A DNA stretch of 64,000 bases. It comes from Octopus vulgaris (taxonomy: Eukaryota). The DNA is taken from NCBI GenBank assembly GCA_951406725.2, contig OX597831.1, forward strand, positions 51,398,001 to 51,462,000, read 5' to 3'. Positions 1-13,800 of this stretch are shown in pieces. Every line of letters starts with the position of its first letter. Position 1 is the first letter of the stretch. Position numbers and translations under genes: made by a program. The notes beneath the pieces are model-generated. The model made no database searches. It had not been told where the DNA came from and worked only from the letters and a program-made list of their open reading frames with translations.

Positions 1-1337
1 CTCATGTCCACTCAGCTATAAAGAAGTAAATCTGCAGTGGATTAGCATTCCATTCAGGAGGTATGTTAGCATGCCCACCTAGCCAGTGGGGTGGCATTAT
101 TTGAAAGCTACAACAATGAGGAGGTGCATTGTAATGAGTATTGTTTAACAATATCCAATAGTCTGGTTAATACTGTAATATATATATATATATACACATA
201 CATCTTTTACTGGTTTCAATCATTAGATTGCGGCCATGCTGGGGCAGTGCCTTGATTGTTTAGTCGAATGAATTGACCTCTGTACTCTATTTTTTAAGCT
301 TGACACTTATTCTATCAGTCTGTTTTACCGAACTGCTAAATTACAAGGATGCAAACACACCAACACCAGTTGTCAAGTGATGGTGAGGAGACAAACATAA
401 AGACACACACACCCACACATATACAACAGGATCCTTCCAGTTTCCATCTACCAAATCCAGTCATAAGGCTTTGGTCAGCCTGAAGCTATAGTAGAAGACA
501 CTTGCCCAAGTTGCCATGCAGTGGAACTGAACCTGAAACCACATGGTTGGGAAGCAAACTTCTTACCACACAGCCAAGCCTGTGCTAATGTTTATATATA
601 TACATACATACAACAGGCTTCAACACAGTTTCAATCTACCACTCACAAGGCATTGGTCAACCCTGTAGAAGACACTTGTCCAAGGTGCTGCACGGTAGGA
701 TTGAACTCAGAAATCATGTTGATGCAACGCAAGTTTCTTAACCACACAACCATGCCTAACAACAACAGACAAGTGAAATGGTTAATGTAAAAAATGGAAT
801 TTGTGGATTAGTAAACAAGTTGTTAGCTACAGTTCATAGATGTCTGGAAAAATGGGGAAATATTAATTTGAATTGCCAAGGTACAAAGCCATCTTCTAAG
901 CAGTTGAGGAGTTTCAGTAACTCAAACCGAGTATTGTTGTTCTAGATACATTAAGAAAAAACTAGAATGGTCACAGCTGTAATGCCTTTAACCACAGATC
1001 TGCCCAATCACAGCTACCATGGGGAATAAGCACAGTAAAAACAATACAAATGTAAAAACCTCTATCACACCAATAAACTGTATTCTTTGACTTCTGCCCT
1101 CCAGTTATTTATGCAAGAGTTTCAATGGACAACTTTCTGGTTTGCCATAACTAGACACTTTATCGTCATCATAACAAAAAACACTTCACTTTTAAAACGG
1201 AAACATATTTAATTTGAAGAAGCCAAAGCTTAGGTTCTTTTAAAGAAGAGCAGCAGTTGTGGTTAATTCTATGTCTAATCATCATAATCATCATCATATC
1301 ATTTAGTGTCTGCTTTCCATGTTGGCATGGGTTAGAT

Positions 1338-1495
1338 CAGTGTTTCTCAACCTTTTTACCCTTGTGTAACCCTTAAAATAAATTGCATGTCTCAAGGAAT
1401 CTCTGCACAAAAAAAATTATATACCATATCTTTCTTATATTTTTTTTCCATCGTAGTTCACGTGGTAAATATCATATATCAGTTGAGAAACGCTG
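1338..1495. mobile_element. hAT (Charlie/MER5-like) MITE inserted into an RTE-tail repeat
   Basis: TIR CAGTGTTTCTCAAC / GTTGAGAAACGCTG with an 8-bp TSD GGTTAGAT/GGTTAGAG. Confidence 0.8.
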
Positions 1496-2242
1496 GGTTA
1501 GAGAGTTTGACTGAAATTGGTAAGCTGCACCCGGTTCCAATCTGATTTGGCATGGTTTCTACAGCTGGATGCCCTTCCTAACACCAACCACTTACATGCC
1601 ACCAGCACAAGTGCCAGTTACATGACACTGACATCAGCTGGAAATCCTCTAAACTACAGCTTCATTATTAAATGACAGAACAAAGTGGTGAGCTGGTAGA
1701 ATCATTAGTGCAGTGAACAAAATACTTAGTAGCATTATTTCTAGGTCTTTATTTTCTGAGTTTAAATTCTACTGAGGTCAACTTTGCCTTTCATCCTTTC
1801 GGGGTCAATAAAATAAAGTAGTAGTTAAGCACTGGGATCAATGTAATCAATCTGCTTCCTCCCCTAAAATTGTTGTCCTTGTGCCAAAATCTGAAACCAT
1901 TATAAAATAGCAGATCATGAGAGCATCAGACAAATGCCTAGTATTTGTTCTGGTTCATTATATTCTGAGTTCAAATCCTACTGACTTCAATTTTTGCCTT
2001 GCACTTTTCAGGCTCGATAAACTAAAGTATAAGTCAAATACTGGGATAAATAGCATGGATTAACACCTCTTCCAAACTTCAGGTATTAGCATCCAGTACA
2101 CACTGTAAAGTAGTTGGCATTAGAAGAGGCAACCTGTTATAGAAATCATGCCAAAGCTGACACTGGAGATCTGTGGATTGCTGAATGCTTTCAAACCATT
2201 TGACCCTTGTCAGTATGGAAAACAAACAGATGATGATGATGA

Positions 2243-2730
2243 TCATCATCATCATCATCGTTTAATGTCCGCTTTCCATGCTAGCATGGGTTGGACGATT
2301 TGGCTGAGGTCTGGCAAACCAGATGGCTGCACCAGACTCCAATCTGATCTGGTAGAGTTTCTACAACTGGATGCCCTTCCTAATGCCAACCACTCTGAGA
2401 GTGTAGTGGGTGCTTTTACGTGCCACCAGCACGAGGGCCAGTTAGGTGGTACTGGCAACGGCCATGCTCAAATGGTGCTTTTTATGTGCCACCTGCACAG
2501 GAGCCAGTCCAGCAGCACTGGCAACGACCTTGCTCAAATGTTTTTTACATGTGCCCCCAGCACAAGTGCTAGTAAAGCAACACAGGTAATGATCACACTC
2601 AAATGGTGTTTTTACGTGCCATCGGCACAGAGGCCACCTTGTTGCTCTAGCAACGATCTCACTCATATGGTACTCTTAGCGCTCCACTAGCATGCATGCC
2701 AGTCATCGAATTTGATTTCGATTTCGATTA
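2243..2730 (-). mobile_element. RTE 3' UTR copy, tail-to-tail with a short + copy at ~2095-2243
   Basis: Reverse complement of 34250-34720; (CAT)n at 2243-2259. Explains ORF 2148..2690. Confidence 0.85.
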
Positions 2731-3207
2731 TGTTGATGATGTTAATGATATTGATGATGATGATGATGATGGATTCAACCTAGAAGAATCTATCTTTATG
2801 CGGTAATACACTAGAACAAAAGTAGTTGACATTTTCAACATGGGCCTCTTTGATTTACTGAATCTTTACATGGACCTTTTGAGCAGAAAAATCAATGAAA
2901 CTAAACTAAAATTTAAACAGACCAAACAATGCAACCTAATTGAAAACAATTAAAATAAGTAAATATGCATGAACACATACTGACAAGCTCAATATTCAAA
3001 ACTACTCTAATATGTGATAGATTATGTTTCTGCGGGCCACAGAAAGATTTTGTCATAGACCACCTGTTGAGAATTGAAGAACAAGAATATGTTGGTTCAG
3101 TACTGCAAGCTACTGAAACGCTTTCCAATTTTATAACATTATAATTACTTACAGTGATGAAGAATGTCTCCTGTAGTTCCTGTTTGCTGCTATGTTGACC
3201 AGGCTAT

Positions 3208-3535
3208 GGTAAAGGGTAAAGAACCCCTTCGATCATGAATGACCATGGGATTGCACCTAGAAAGTTACCCTCTGAGGCACAAGTCCAAGCAAGGTTGTTT
3301 ATGGAAAACCAGCTTCCCCTCTCTGTGCCACTGATGTTATCCAAGGAAAAGGCAAACGCTGGTACAGCTTGGCACCAGTGACATCACAACTCATTTCAAC
3401 AGCTGAGTGAACTGGAACAACAAGAAATAAAGTGTCTTGCTCAAGAACACAACACACAACCCAGTCTGGGAATCAAACTCACTACCTCATGATTGTGAGC
3501 CCAGTCCTCTATCCACTGAGCCATGCACCTTCACA
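3208..3535 (-). mobile_element. tRNA-derived SINE family 3 (head GCATGGCTCAGTGG, tail TTTACCC); another copy at 61786-62066 (+)
   Basis: A box TGGCTCAGTGG and B box GAGTTTGATTCCC on -; the same body occurs at 61786 and inside the 216-bp array. Confidence 0.78.
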
Positions 3536-5373
3536 GGCTAAGGTCTACGTAGCATTAAACAGAGACTATTCTATGGTACCTGTTGTCTTAACCAGAATGC
3601 AGAATAGCAATGCTGAGTAAATAAAAATCGTCAGATCAACAAAAACTTTCATCTTCACTATTACCATGTAAAAATGGTAGACACATTACAAGGTAGTAAG
3701 TTCCGAGTAAACTGAGTCAACAGAGAAGTTTCAATGTGTTTATAATTATTTCGTTTCAACAGACTGGCTTGAGAACAAGATTAACGCCACAACTTCTCAA
3801 TTTACTTCCCTTTCCCAAGACTCTAAAACCTGATATTTAGAAAACAAAAAACAGGAGATTTTCAGAAATACAAACTCAAACCTCCAAGAAAATATTAGCA
3901 GTATTTTGCCCCGAGCTAGTGTATTTTCTGCACGGTTTAACAGGTGTTTACTACAAATAGGCTGCAATAATATTATATAATGTTAAATGAATGCAATAGA
4001 TTGGGAAAGACACAGGTTATACTGCTTGTCATGATAATGTTTGCTTAACAAATCCTCACAGAAAATATCTATTTATGTTGCAATCTATTCCATCAAAGAA
4101 AGACAAGGCTATCGCTCTAAACAAATAAGCTACTGACATTACATTGAGCTGAAACACAAGCCAGAGGAAAATAAATTAAAAAGTTTTATTACTTAAATGC
4201 CAATGAGTAAAAGCTCTCGCTCAATATTGATTTTAACATTGGCAAACGACCATAAATTTGGGGTAGAAGGATCAGTTGATAGAATCGACTCCAAGACTTG
4301 ACTGGTACTCATTTTATCTACTCCAAAGAATGATAGATAGCCAAAGTCAACTTTGACAGGTTTTAAATCCCTAGAATATAAAGAATCGTAACTGAATATA
4401 TCGCAAAGCATTTTTGCTCGTCACACTACCGATTTTGATAATCCTTCACCCTCGCTCAATATTAAATACAAGCCGCAGCATCTATCTGTGTATTATTATT
4501 ATTATTATCATCATCATCATCGTCATAACGATCAATAAAAATTATATACAAATTGGAAGCAAAGAAAATATATTAACGAAGGCTGAATATATTCCAAGCG
4601 TTTGACCCATAGGCTCACTGAATAAAAGAAATAAATCCTATATGCTTTAGTTATTAAAACATTTCTTAAAATTTCAATTATTTATATTACTATACATTTT
4701 GGAATGTTTCAATATTTGCTGCTCTATATTTACTTTTCATCCAATCACAAATCCAAAACCCTAAGATCAAACATTTTTCTTTGTACACAATTCTTTATTA
4801 GAAGCATTAGTTACGTAATGAAACGGTTACAAGTGGAAATTGAAACCGAGTCGCAAATTCTTTCAAATGCAAAAGTGGTTGGCAAAAACAACAGAACCAG
4901 GATTCGGCATCTTGTTCTGGTTTCGTTAGTGATCAGTAAAAGAAATAGAAATTATAGAGAAAAAATAATTGCTTGCTTTACACCTAGTCAAAAGAGATTT
5001 GATATTTATACTACTTATTAATATTTATAATGTGTGTGAGTATGTGTTTCTTGAAAAAGCGGACCCGTGCCTGTAGAACAAGTACTTGCTGTTGGGTGTT
5101 GCTTTTTGAATCGAGTGTATATGTGTGTATATATACTAGCTATATATTAGTTATATTTGACCACATTAATTAGTAATTCTGTAATTAATATATCATCGTA
5201 GTTTATGAATCACAAAAACAAGATTCTAGCAAAACAAACTGACGAGAATTGATTGAATTGGAATATTTGAAGTTCTACGATTGTTATACCTTTCTAAAAG
5301 ATTGAAAAGATTAACCATTGGTTTACATCGAATTATTTTTTTATGCATTCGCATATTTGACATCCGAGATTAA

Positions 5374-5462
5374 TACACACACACACACACGTGTGTGTGT
5401 GTGCGTGTGTATGTGTGTGTGTGCGTGTGTATGTATGTGTGTGCGTGTGTATGTGTGTGTGT
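5374..5462. repeat. (CA)n(GT)n self-complementary microsatellite
   Basis: acacacacacacacac-gtgtgtgtgt... forms an inverted dinucleotide junction. Confidence 0.85.
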
Positions 5463-5949
5463 ACATCATATTTATATAAGCAGTCATGATTTTTTCTTAT
5501 GAAATAAAAACAATAAAAATCAGCAGTTATGAAGTGGTTTCAAGTAGCTTCGAGAGATAAAAATCTTAATAAATAAAGAATTTTGTTTATAAACGTTGTC
5601 AATGTTTACTCATAGACATGTTAAACTTCTAATCGTAATCGAATTATTTATTTATTTTATTTTGCATATATTGCCAGCAACTCAAACGCATATAAGAATC
5701 TAAACTATGCTGTGCAGAAGTATTTTGATGTACAGTTTCCTAAATTACGATGCACAATAAACACAAAAACAACTGATTGACAGTTTTCACAATGAAAGTT
5801 GTCAAACCGTGGCATCACTCACTCTCTCACTCTCTCTCTCTCTCATCAACACACACATATATATATATACAAACACACATACGTATATAAACATAAATAC
5901 GTGTGTATATATATATATATGATCAAGATCATAATAGAACCAACGAAAG

Positions 5950-5952
<3 letters not shown>

Positions 5953-6001
<49 letters not shown>

Positions 6002-6042
6002 ACATGGATAGATAAATAGATCGATAGATAAATAGATCGATC

Positions 6043-6101
<59 letters not shown>
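5953..6101. repeat. compound microsatellite (TA)n + (GATA)n
   Basis: (TA)n at 5953-5998, (GATA)n at ~6043-6101. Confidence 0.95.
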
Positions 6102-9100
6102 GTGTATATGAAACAAGTGTGTATGAGGGTGTGTATGTATGTTGTATGTAATGAGTGAAATCACGATTATATTAGGGAAAGACAGTCGTACATTGGTAGC
6201 GCCTAAGACTGTTGCTAGCACAGAATATGGATATTGACAACAACTGAACGATAAAGAAATGTCATTAGACATCAAATATTGAAATGAAAGTCACACGATT
6301 TGATAGAAAGCGACAATAAAAAGAACCTCACCTGACTCTCATAAGTATCAACACTAAATAGCCATTTTGTTTCCCGGCATGCACATGAAATAAGAACAGT
6401 CGCGGAGTAGGAAATACGAAACGAAATTATGAGAAGAAAAAAAATATATATATATATTTTCCTATCGCTACCTTTCGATGCTGAGGAGAGAGAGAGAGGG
6501 AAAAAAAAAGTTATCTGCTTGCTTTTTTTTTTTGTTTTTTTTTTTCCTTTCCTCAGCACAAAAAGGAAAGACGAAACACACATGGGTACATGCATGAAAG
6601 GCACGAGCGCGTTTTATACATGTTTACATTATACAAACAAACACACACACACACACGCAAACAGAAACACACGAACGTACGCACACACATGCACACGCAC
6701 ACTTGCGCAAACACGCTACGTTAAAGATAGCTTATTTGGCATTCACATTGAGTTTTGAACATGGCTGTTAAACATGTTCTTGTGTATGTGTGTGTGTGTA
6801 ACATATTCTTTTAGTCTTTTACTTATTTCAGTTATTTGACTGCGGCCATGCTGGAGTACCGCCTTGAAGGGTTTTAGTCGAACAAATCGATCCCCAAAAA
6901 TTATTTTAAGCCTAGTATTTATCCTATCGGTCTATTTTGTCGAACCGCTAAGTTACGGGGATGTAAACACATCAACACCAGTTGTCAAGGGGAGATGGGG
7001 AGGACAAACTTCGACACACACACATAGATATATACATATACATCATCATCATCATCATTTAACGTCTGTGTTCCATGCTAACTTTCAGGGACAATAGTGG
7101 TTTATTGAGACGAAAGGTTGTGGATTTTTTTTCTTATCGAAGTACAATAAACCGAAAAAAGTTCTTTTTATATTTCACAGTAAGCAACCTGGGTTGCCGT
7201 GTTTGCAAATAAGAATACAATTGTTAAGGAATGGAATAGATAAGATCCAGGCTACATCTGTTTCATAGCCAGTGGAACCTCGGATATTCTCCACTCCTAC
7301 TGGGCTCTCTACACATTCTGATTGAATCTTCCCTGTGTTAACATGTACCTCCTTGTGACAATGTAAACTTACATTTAATCAAGATATCCTTGGCTTGAAG
7401 AGTAGCCTGCAGTATAGACCTCATTTGGAAATTTATCATTTCCAAGTTTCCGCTCGCTATGAAACATATGTAGCCTGGATCTTATCTACTCCATTCCTTA
7501 ACTCTTGTATGTTTGTATATGTGTGTGTGTGTGTGTGCACTCACAAAAATACAGGTATATTAAATATTATACAGTATAAATTCTTGATTTATTAACATTA
7601 TCACTTCCTCTAGTAATTAAGACCAGCTTCACTTGAGAAGGGGAGATAATCTTCAGATTCAAGAATTCTCAAAAGTCAACATGCCATTAAGGAAAAGGAC
7701 AGACTTATTGCCCTAGATATAAGATGATAGTCAAGGACACATGTTTCTGGATAAATAGCCATCATCAGCATAACAATTATCCAGTCTATTCTCTCGTAGC
7801 CAAGAAACAGATTTATACAAAAAGGAATAGAATGCATTTATGGCCTGGGTAATTTGAATAGTTTAACCCTTTAGTGTTCACATTATTCTGCCAAAATAAA
7901 TGCTTTTTTTATCCACATTGCCTTGAACTAATCATGAATTATCTTGTAGCTATGAGATTTTGATGAGGTAGCTGTTAATTTTTAAAATGATATTGTAGGG
8001 TTGGTGTGAGAGACCAGATCTGACCAGTTTGAACATAAAACAGGTAGAATACTTTTGGCCGGATATAGCCGGTTTAAACAAAAATGGAATAAAAGAAATA
8101 ACTCAGTGTAGCCAGTGGTATATATTTGATCATAGATAAATACAAGTATATCAAATACTGTACAACATAAATTATTGATTTATTAAAATTATCTCTCATA
8201 GATACATGTAGATATACAAGCATGGGCCCGAGAGCAGATAGTGCAGGGGGAGCGCTTGGACCTGCTAAAATTAGTACTTACCACATTGCACAACTATCTC
8301 TCCTTCAACAAAAAAGCCATGTCTTCATGAATTAACAGCTGTCTTGATAACATCATCAATGAGGATCCAGAAAAGAAGAACCTAATCTAATTCAACAGCA
8401 ACAGGAACACGGCCCTACATATCCCAAGAAAACAGGTTCAAAGCATAGTAGTCCAATGATGGATCCAATCTACCTCAAAGAAAAGACACAATAGATAATG
8501 TAGTCTTGGATACATTACATCTCAAAAAAACACATGGGAGGGTCATGGCTGGTACAATTTTAATCATTGGTATGCTCAATTGCAGTTAACCTGAGGCTGA
8601 ACAACATATCCTCGCTAATCCTAGAAAGAAAGATGACAAGTCAGCTGTCGCTCATGGTTGAGTATGGTAACATGTAACACGCTTTCTGTAATTGTTTTAG
8701 TGACTTATGTTGTTGTGAGCAGAAATAGGGACCCTCTCTACACCCATATTTTTAACCAAGATCCAGGATCAGGATATGATAGCTGAAGGGAGAAAGAATT
8801 GAACCAGCATTTGGTTGGTATTCATTTTCAGCTGACTAAACTGAAGGAATGTGAATAAAAGTTTCTTGCTCAAAGACACAACAAGCTTCTGGCGCCAATA
8901 ATTGAAACCACAATATTATGACCATGATCTGAAAACCCTAACCAGTCATAAATAAACTGCCAACATTATTACTCTATACACATGCTAAGCCTCACTATAT
9001 TGGATGATCTTTCAGGACAACCACTCCTATACCAAATTTTTCATTCAGCTTGTTTCTTTTTCCTTTACCACTCCTATTGCTTCTCAACCCTGAAATCTCA

Positions 9101-11582
9101 CACAAAAGCCTTTTTCATCCCTCTGAAAATTTTCTTCTCCACTTAAGTTTCTCCTTCACATGTTTAAGGTGAACATTAAATCTATAGTTATCTTGATTGT
9201 CAACCTTTCCTTCAGTCTAGGAATGTCTGGGAAATGCAGTAATATTTCTCAAGTCTTTCATAAAATTAAATACTAACAATATAATATTAACCATAAACAG
9301 CACATTATAAATGGCTAACAATATTGACATTTAATGCAACATTAAAAAATTGAGAGCTAATAACATAGATGTTTAATAATTAATGAACATTAAGGCAATA
9401 AGTTCCATAAACCATCAGCCTAGCAGAGCTTGTTTTTCTTTAAATGACACTCATAGAATTATAAAAATATTTGAATTCAGCACAACAAATTAGCAAAACA
9501 TTCATCAATTATGCAATATGCTTGATGCTTACATATCAGACAAAATGCTTAGCAACATTTTTTCCAGTTCATTCTGATGTTAACTTTGCCTTTAATCTTT
9601 TTTACTAACCTGCAAAAAAAATATTTTCTTTTTTATGGAGGAGTGCCCTTTGACCTTTTACTTCAATTTTTCCCACTTTGTCTTACTTATTAAAATTTTT
9701 TTCAGATTTATTTGAGCTATATCCAGCTCAAATACATAATAATACTTGTTTTATGATCAAACCTGCTGGATCTGGTCTCTTACACCTACCCTCCAATGTC
9801 ATTCTAAAAATAAACAATAACATCATCAAAGTCTGAAAGCTTTGAGATAATGCATAATTTAATTCAAAAGCAATAATTTAATTCAAAAGCATGATTTAAT
9901 TAAAAATAGCTATTAAATTTGACAGAGTAATCTGAATGCTAAAGAGTTAAACTTATGAGATTATGATTCTTCAAAAACTTATGGATAATATAAACCTGAA
10001 GAAGTTTTCAAAAATGTCAAAACTGAAAAAATTTACAGAAAAGAGGTGAAACAAGATCCCTCCCTTATTTCTTTTTGCCCACAAGGGGCTAAACATAGAG
10101 GGGACAAACAAGGACAGACAAAGGCATTAAGTCGATTATATTGACCCCAGTGCGTAACTGGTACTTAATTTATTGACCTCGAAAGGATGAAAGGCAAAGT
10201 CGACCTCGGCGGAATATGAACTCAGAACGTAACAGCAGATGAAATACCAAAAAGCATTTCGCCCGGCTCGCTAACATTTCTGTCTCTCTATAAACATACA
10301 GATGATGCCTCATAAAAAGCACCACGTACACTCTGTAAAGTGGTTGGTGTTAGGAAGTGCATCCAGCTATAGAAATCAAACCAAAACAGACAATGAAACC
10401 TGGCACTGCTCCTGCCCTTGCCAGGTTCTGTCAAACCATTTGACCCATGCCAGCATGGAAAATGGATATTGAATGGTGATGATGATGATGATGAGGTCCG
10501 AAGACATTATAAATTTTGGCATGCTGTATGATAATGTCTGTGTCTATTCTAAAGAAATACCCATTTTCCTATCACATGAGAACTTTTCCAAATTTGTGAA
10601 CTTTATTCAATGATTTAGCCAAAACAGACCATCACTAGCTTACTCAGACTCCTTCATTTTTTTTTTCCCTATAGAATGACATATTGATAATTTATGTATT
10701 TCTTTTAGGTGCTGTGAGTGCTACAGATTTAATTGGTAAACTTCCAGTAAGTCAAGGCACAAATTCACTTCTCTGTTAATGCATATTCACTTCAAAATAC
10801 TGCATCCTCTATATCAACTGAAATATAAAACCTTTGTTTCTAGTTAACAAGAAACCAATTCTTTATTTGATTTAGGCACAAGGCCAATAATTCTGCAGGC
10901 AGGAGATTAAATCAATGCCATCAACCCCAATAGTTGACTGGTACTTTATTTTATTGACTCTGGGAGTGGGGTGGATGAAAGACAAAGCTGAGCTTGGTAG
11001 GAGTTGAACCCAGAACATGAAGAACTGGAAGAACTACTGTATGGCATTTTGTAAGAAGTTCTAATGAGCTTTCCAGCTTAATGCCTTTTTTTGTCATATA
11101 TAATTACAGTGGAAATGGCATAAATAACTATCTCAAAATCCTATGATGATATCGCAAAATATGCCACAAAGTCAGGTTGCAGCTAATAGAAAGAAGCCTG
11201 GACAAAGACACTTTTGGAGACTTAATTTTTAAATATAAACAAAAATTTGTCATGTCCATCCTTTTGCATGGAGGGGATATACATAAAAGCCCAGTCTGAT
11301 CTGATATACATATGCTTAGTAATTCAAAATTATCAAGCTTCATACTTCAATAAATATATTTGTTTTCTACTCTAGGCACAAGGCCCGAAATTTGGGGGGA
11401 GGGGACCAGTCGATTAGATCGCCCTAATACGTAACTGGTATTCAATTTATCAACCCTGAAAGGATGAAAGGCAAAGTCGACCTCAGGGGAATTTGAACTC
11501 AGAACATAAAGACAGACAAAATACTGCTAAGCATTTCACCCAGTGTGCTAAGGTTTCTGCCAGCTCGCTGCCTTACTTCAAT

Positions 11583-12001
11583 ACTCTTACTCTTTTACTC
11601 TTTTACTCGTTTCAGTCATTTTGACTGCAGCCATGCTGGAGCACCGCCTTTAGTTGAGCAAATCGACCCCGGGACTTATTCTTTGTAAGCCCAGTACTTA
11701 TTCTATCGGTCTCTTTTGGCGAAACACTAAGTGACGGGGACGTAAACACACCAGCATCGGTTGTCAAGCAATGCTAGGGGGACAAACACAGACACACAAA
11801 CACACACACACATACATATATATATATACATATATACGACAGGCTTCTTTCAGTTTCTGTCTACCAAATCCACTCACAAGGCATTGGTCGGCCCGGGGCT
11901 ATAGCAGAAGACACTTGCCCAAGATGCCACGCAGTGGGACTGAACCCGGAACCATGTGGTTGGTTAGCAAGCTACTTACCACACAGCCACTCCTGCGCCT
12001 A
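11583..12001 (-). mobile_element. tRNA-derived SINE family 1, full length
   Basis: On -, the head GGCGCAGGAGTGGCTGTGTGGTAAG (A box) and GGTTCAGTCCC (B-box-like), internal (TA)/(TG) microsatellite and (GAGTAAAA)n tail. Confidence 0.88.
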
Positions 12002-12514
12002 TAAATATTTTTTTTAAATGACTCTTATAAAGAGTCTAGATGATAAATGATAAAAATTGAAAAGCAAAGGTGCAAAGAGAATAAAATGTGATCTTATATT
12101 GTATGAATTTTTGCTTAGATATTGGAGGAGAGTTTGCAAAAATTATATGCTTGAATATTCAGTGTAACCTAAATTGTTAACTCAGCATGATCTGTTTAAT
12201 ATGCACATATTTATCTTTACCTATACAAACAGTTTGTATAAGCATGGTGAATTATGTAATTTTATAGATTTTTTGTTTGTTTTAGATATCTCAATTCAGG
12301 CTCTACAGCTGTGTGTATACATGAATAAACATTTATGCATGAGCTCATAATTTGTGAAGAGCATATTTCGCCTTGCATCCCTCTGAGATCAATAAAATAA
12401 AATAGATAACCATGATGATAATATGGTGTCTGTTGTTACCTATAAAATTTACTGATGCATTCACAGTGCTTTGTTTTGGTGGCATATATATAAAGGGTTA
12501 ATACATATAAATAT

Positions 12515-12685
12515 AGGCGCAGGAGTGGCTGTGTGGTAAGTAGCTTGCTAACCAACCACATGGTTCCGGATTCAGTCCTACTGTGTGGCATCTTGGGCAA
12601 GTGTCTTCTGCTATAGCCCCGGGGCCGACCAATGCCTTGTGAGTGGATTTGGTAGACGGAAACTGAAAGAAGCCCGTCATATATG

Positions 12686-12724
<39 letters not shown>

Positions 12725-12932
12725 TTGTGTGTCTGTGTTTGTCCCCCTAGCATTGCTTGACAACCGATGCTGGTGTGTTTACGTCCCCGTCACTTAGCGG
12801 TTCAGCAAAAGAGACCGATAGAATAAGTACTGGGCTTACAAAGAATAAGTCCCGGGGTCGATTTGCTCGACTAAAGGCGATGCTCCAGCATGGCCGCAGT
12901 CAAATGACTGAAACAAGTAAAAGAGTAAAAGA
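12515..12932 (+). mobile_element. tRNA-derived SINE family 1, full length
   Basis: Near-identical inverted partner of 11583-12001. Confidence 0.88.
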
Positions 12933-13189
12933 TATATATACACACACACACACATATATACTGTTGACTTCATAATATTTCTGCTTTTATAAGATACCTA
13001 AAGAAATAAGAAATAAATCAATACGTAGTTTGTGTAAATATTTTTCATATGCATTCAAATACTAAATATTCTCTATATTCAATATGTCCTTGAAAAAATA
13101 GTTATCTTCTCTTACTGTGTCATTCTGGTACATCTCTTTTTTTTTTTTATTCAAAATTTGAAACTCGTCCAGAAAACAAAACATTTTTT

Positions 13190-13350
13190 ACCATCTCTGC
13201 TAAACCTGATGACACTCAGTGGCATTTATGAAACTATGTAAAGAAATGTTATCTAAAATTTCTTCATACTTGTTAATGAACTTCCCACTATCTCTTATCA
13301 TCAGCATTACAACTTTCATAGTTTCATAGTCCGTGTCACCCCAGAAAACA
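13190..13350 (-). mobile_element. Tc1-like transposase remnant
   Basis: VFWG...G.FINKYEEILDN resembles the Tc1 'M.WG...G.MNS.KY.EIL' segment; decayed. Confidence 0.4.
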
Positions 13351-13574
13351 CTGATAAATGGTGAGCTGGCAGAATTGTGGGAACATTGGACAGTGTTTTG
13401 CAGCATTTCGTTAATGCACTTTAATATTTGTAGATCAAATACAACTGAGATCAACTGTGTCTTTCATCCTTCTGGGGTACATAAAATAAGTTCCAGTCAC
13501 ATACCAGACTGGGGTGTATATATAAATGTGTGTGTGTATGTGTGCATATATATCCACACACACACACACACACA

Positions 13575-13800
13575 TACATGGTGTCCCAAAAGTTACTATA
13601 CACTTTCTTTTTTTTTATTTCATCTCAAGTATCATTCAGAGAGACATGAGACCATCAGCATTTGACTTTGCAGTTTTTGTAAGTGAATCATTTCCTTGCT
13701 CATGGCTTGCCAATTGACATTAGAGCAGTGTTGCAAAATTACTGGCTGGCAAGACGTTTTTCAGTCCCCTACTGCAGTTCATTGCAAGTTTGAAAAGGTT
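13575..13800 (+). mobile_element. mariner-like element 5' end remnant
   Basis: Starts TACATGGTGTCCCAAAAG, resembling the mariner TA+CAGGGTGTCCCA TIR. Confidence 0.4.

Noticed and set aside
2148-2690. 180-aa ORF and similar ORFs at 27624-28084, 28539-29006, 34182-34600, 36824-37235
   Set aside because: They are antisense or alternative-frame readings of the RTE 3' UTR repeat.
4542-4610. Minus-strand ATG GGT CAA ACG CTT (MGQTL, like PP2C N-termini)
   Set aside because: Similarity stops after five residues and the frame closes after 22 codons with no good donor.
10710-10747. Possible 38-nt + exon (tttag|GTGCTG...CCA|gtaagt)
   Set aside because: It has good splice sites but no partner exons or recognisable protein; such matches occur by chance in AT-rich DNA.
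12515-12590. tRNA genes at SINE heads
   Set aside because: They have A/B boxes but continue into SINE bodies and lack full cloverleafs.
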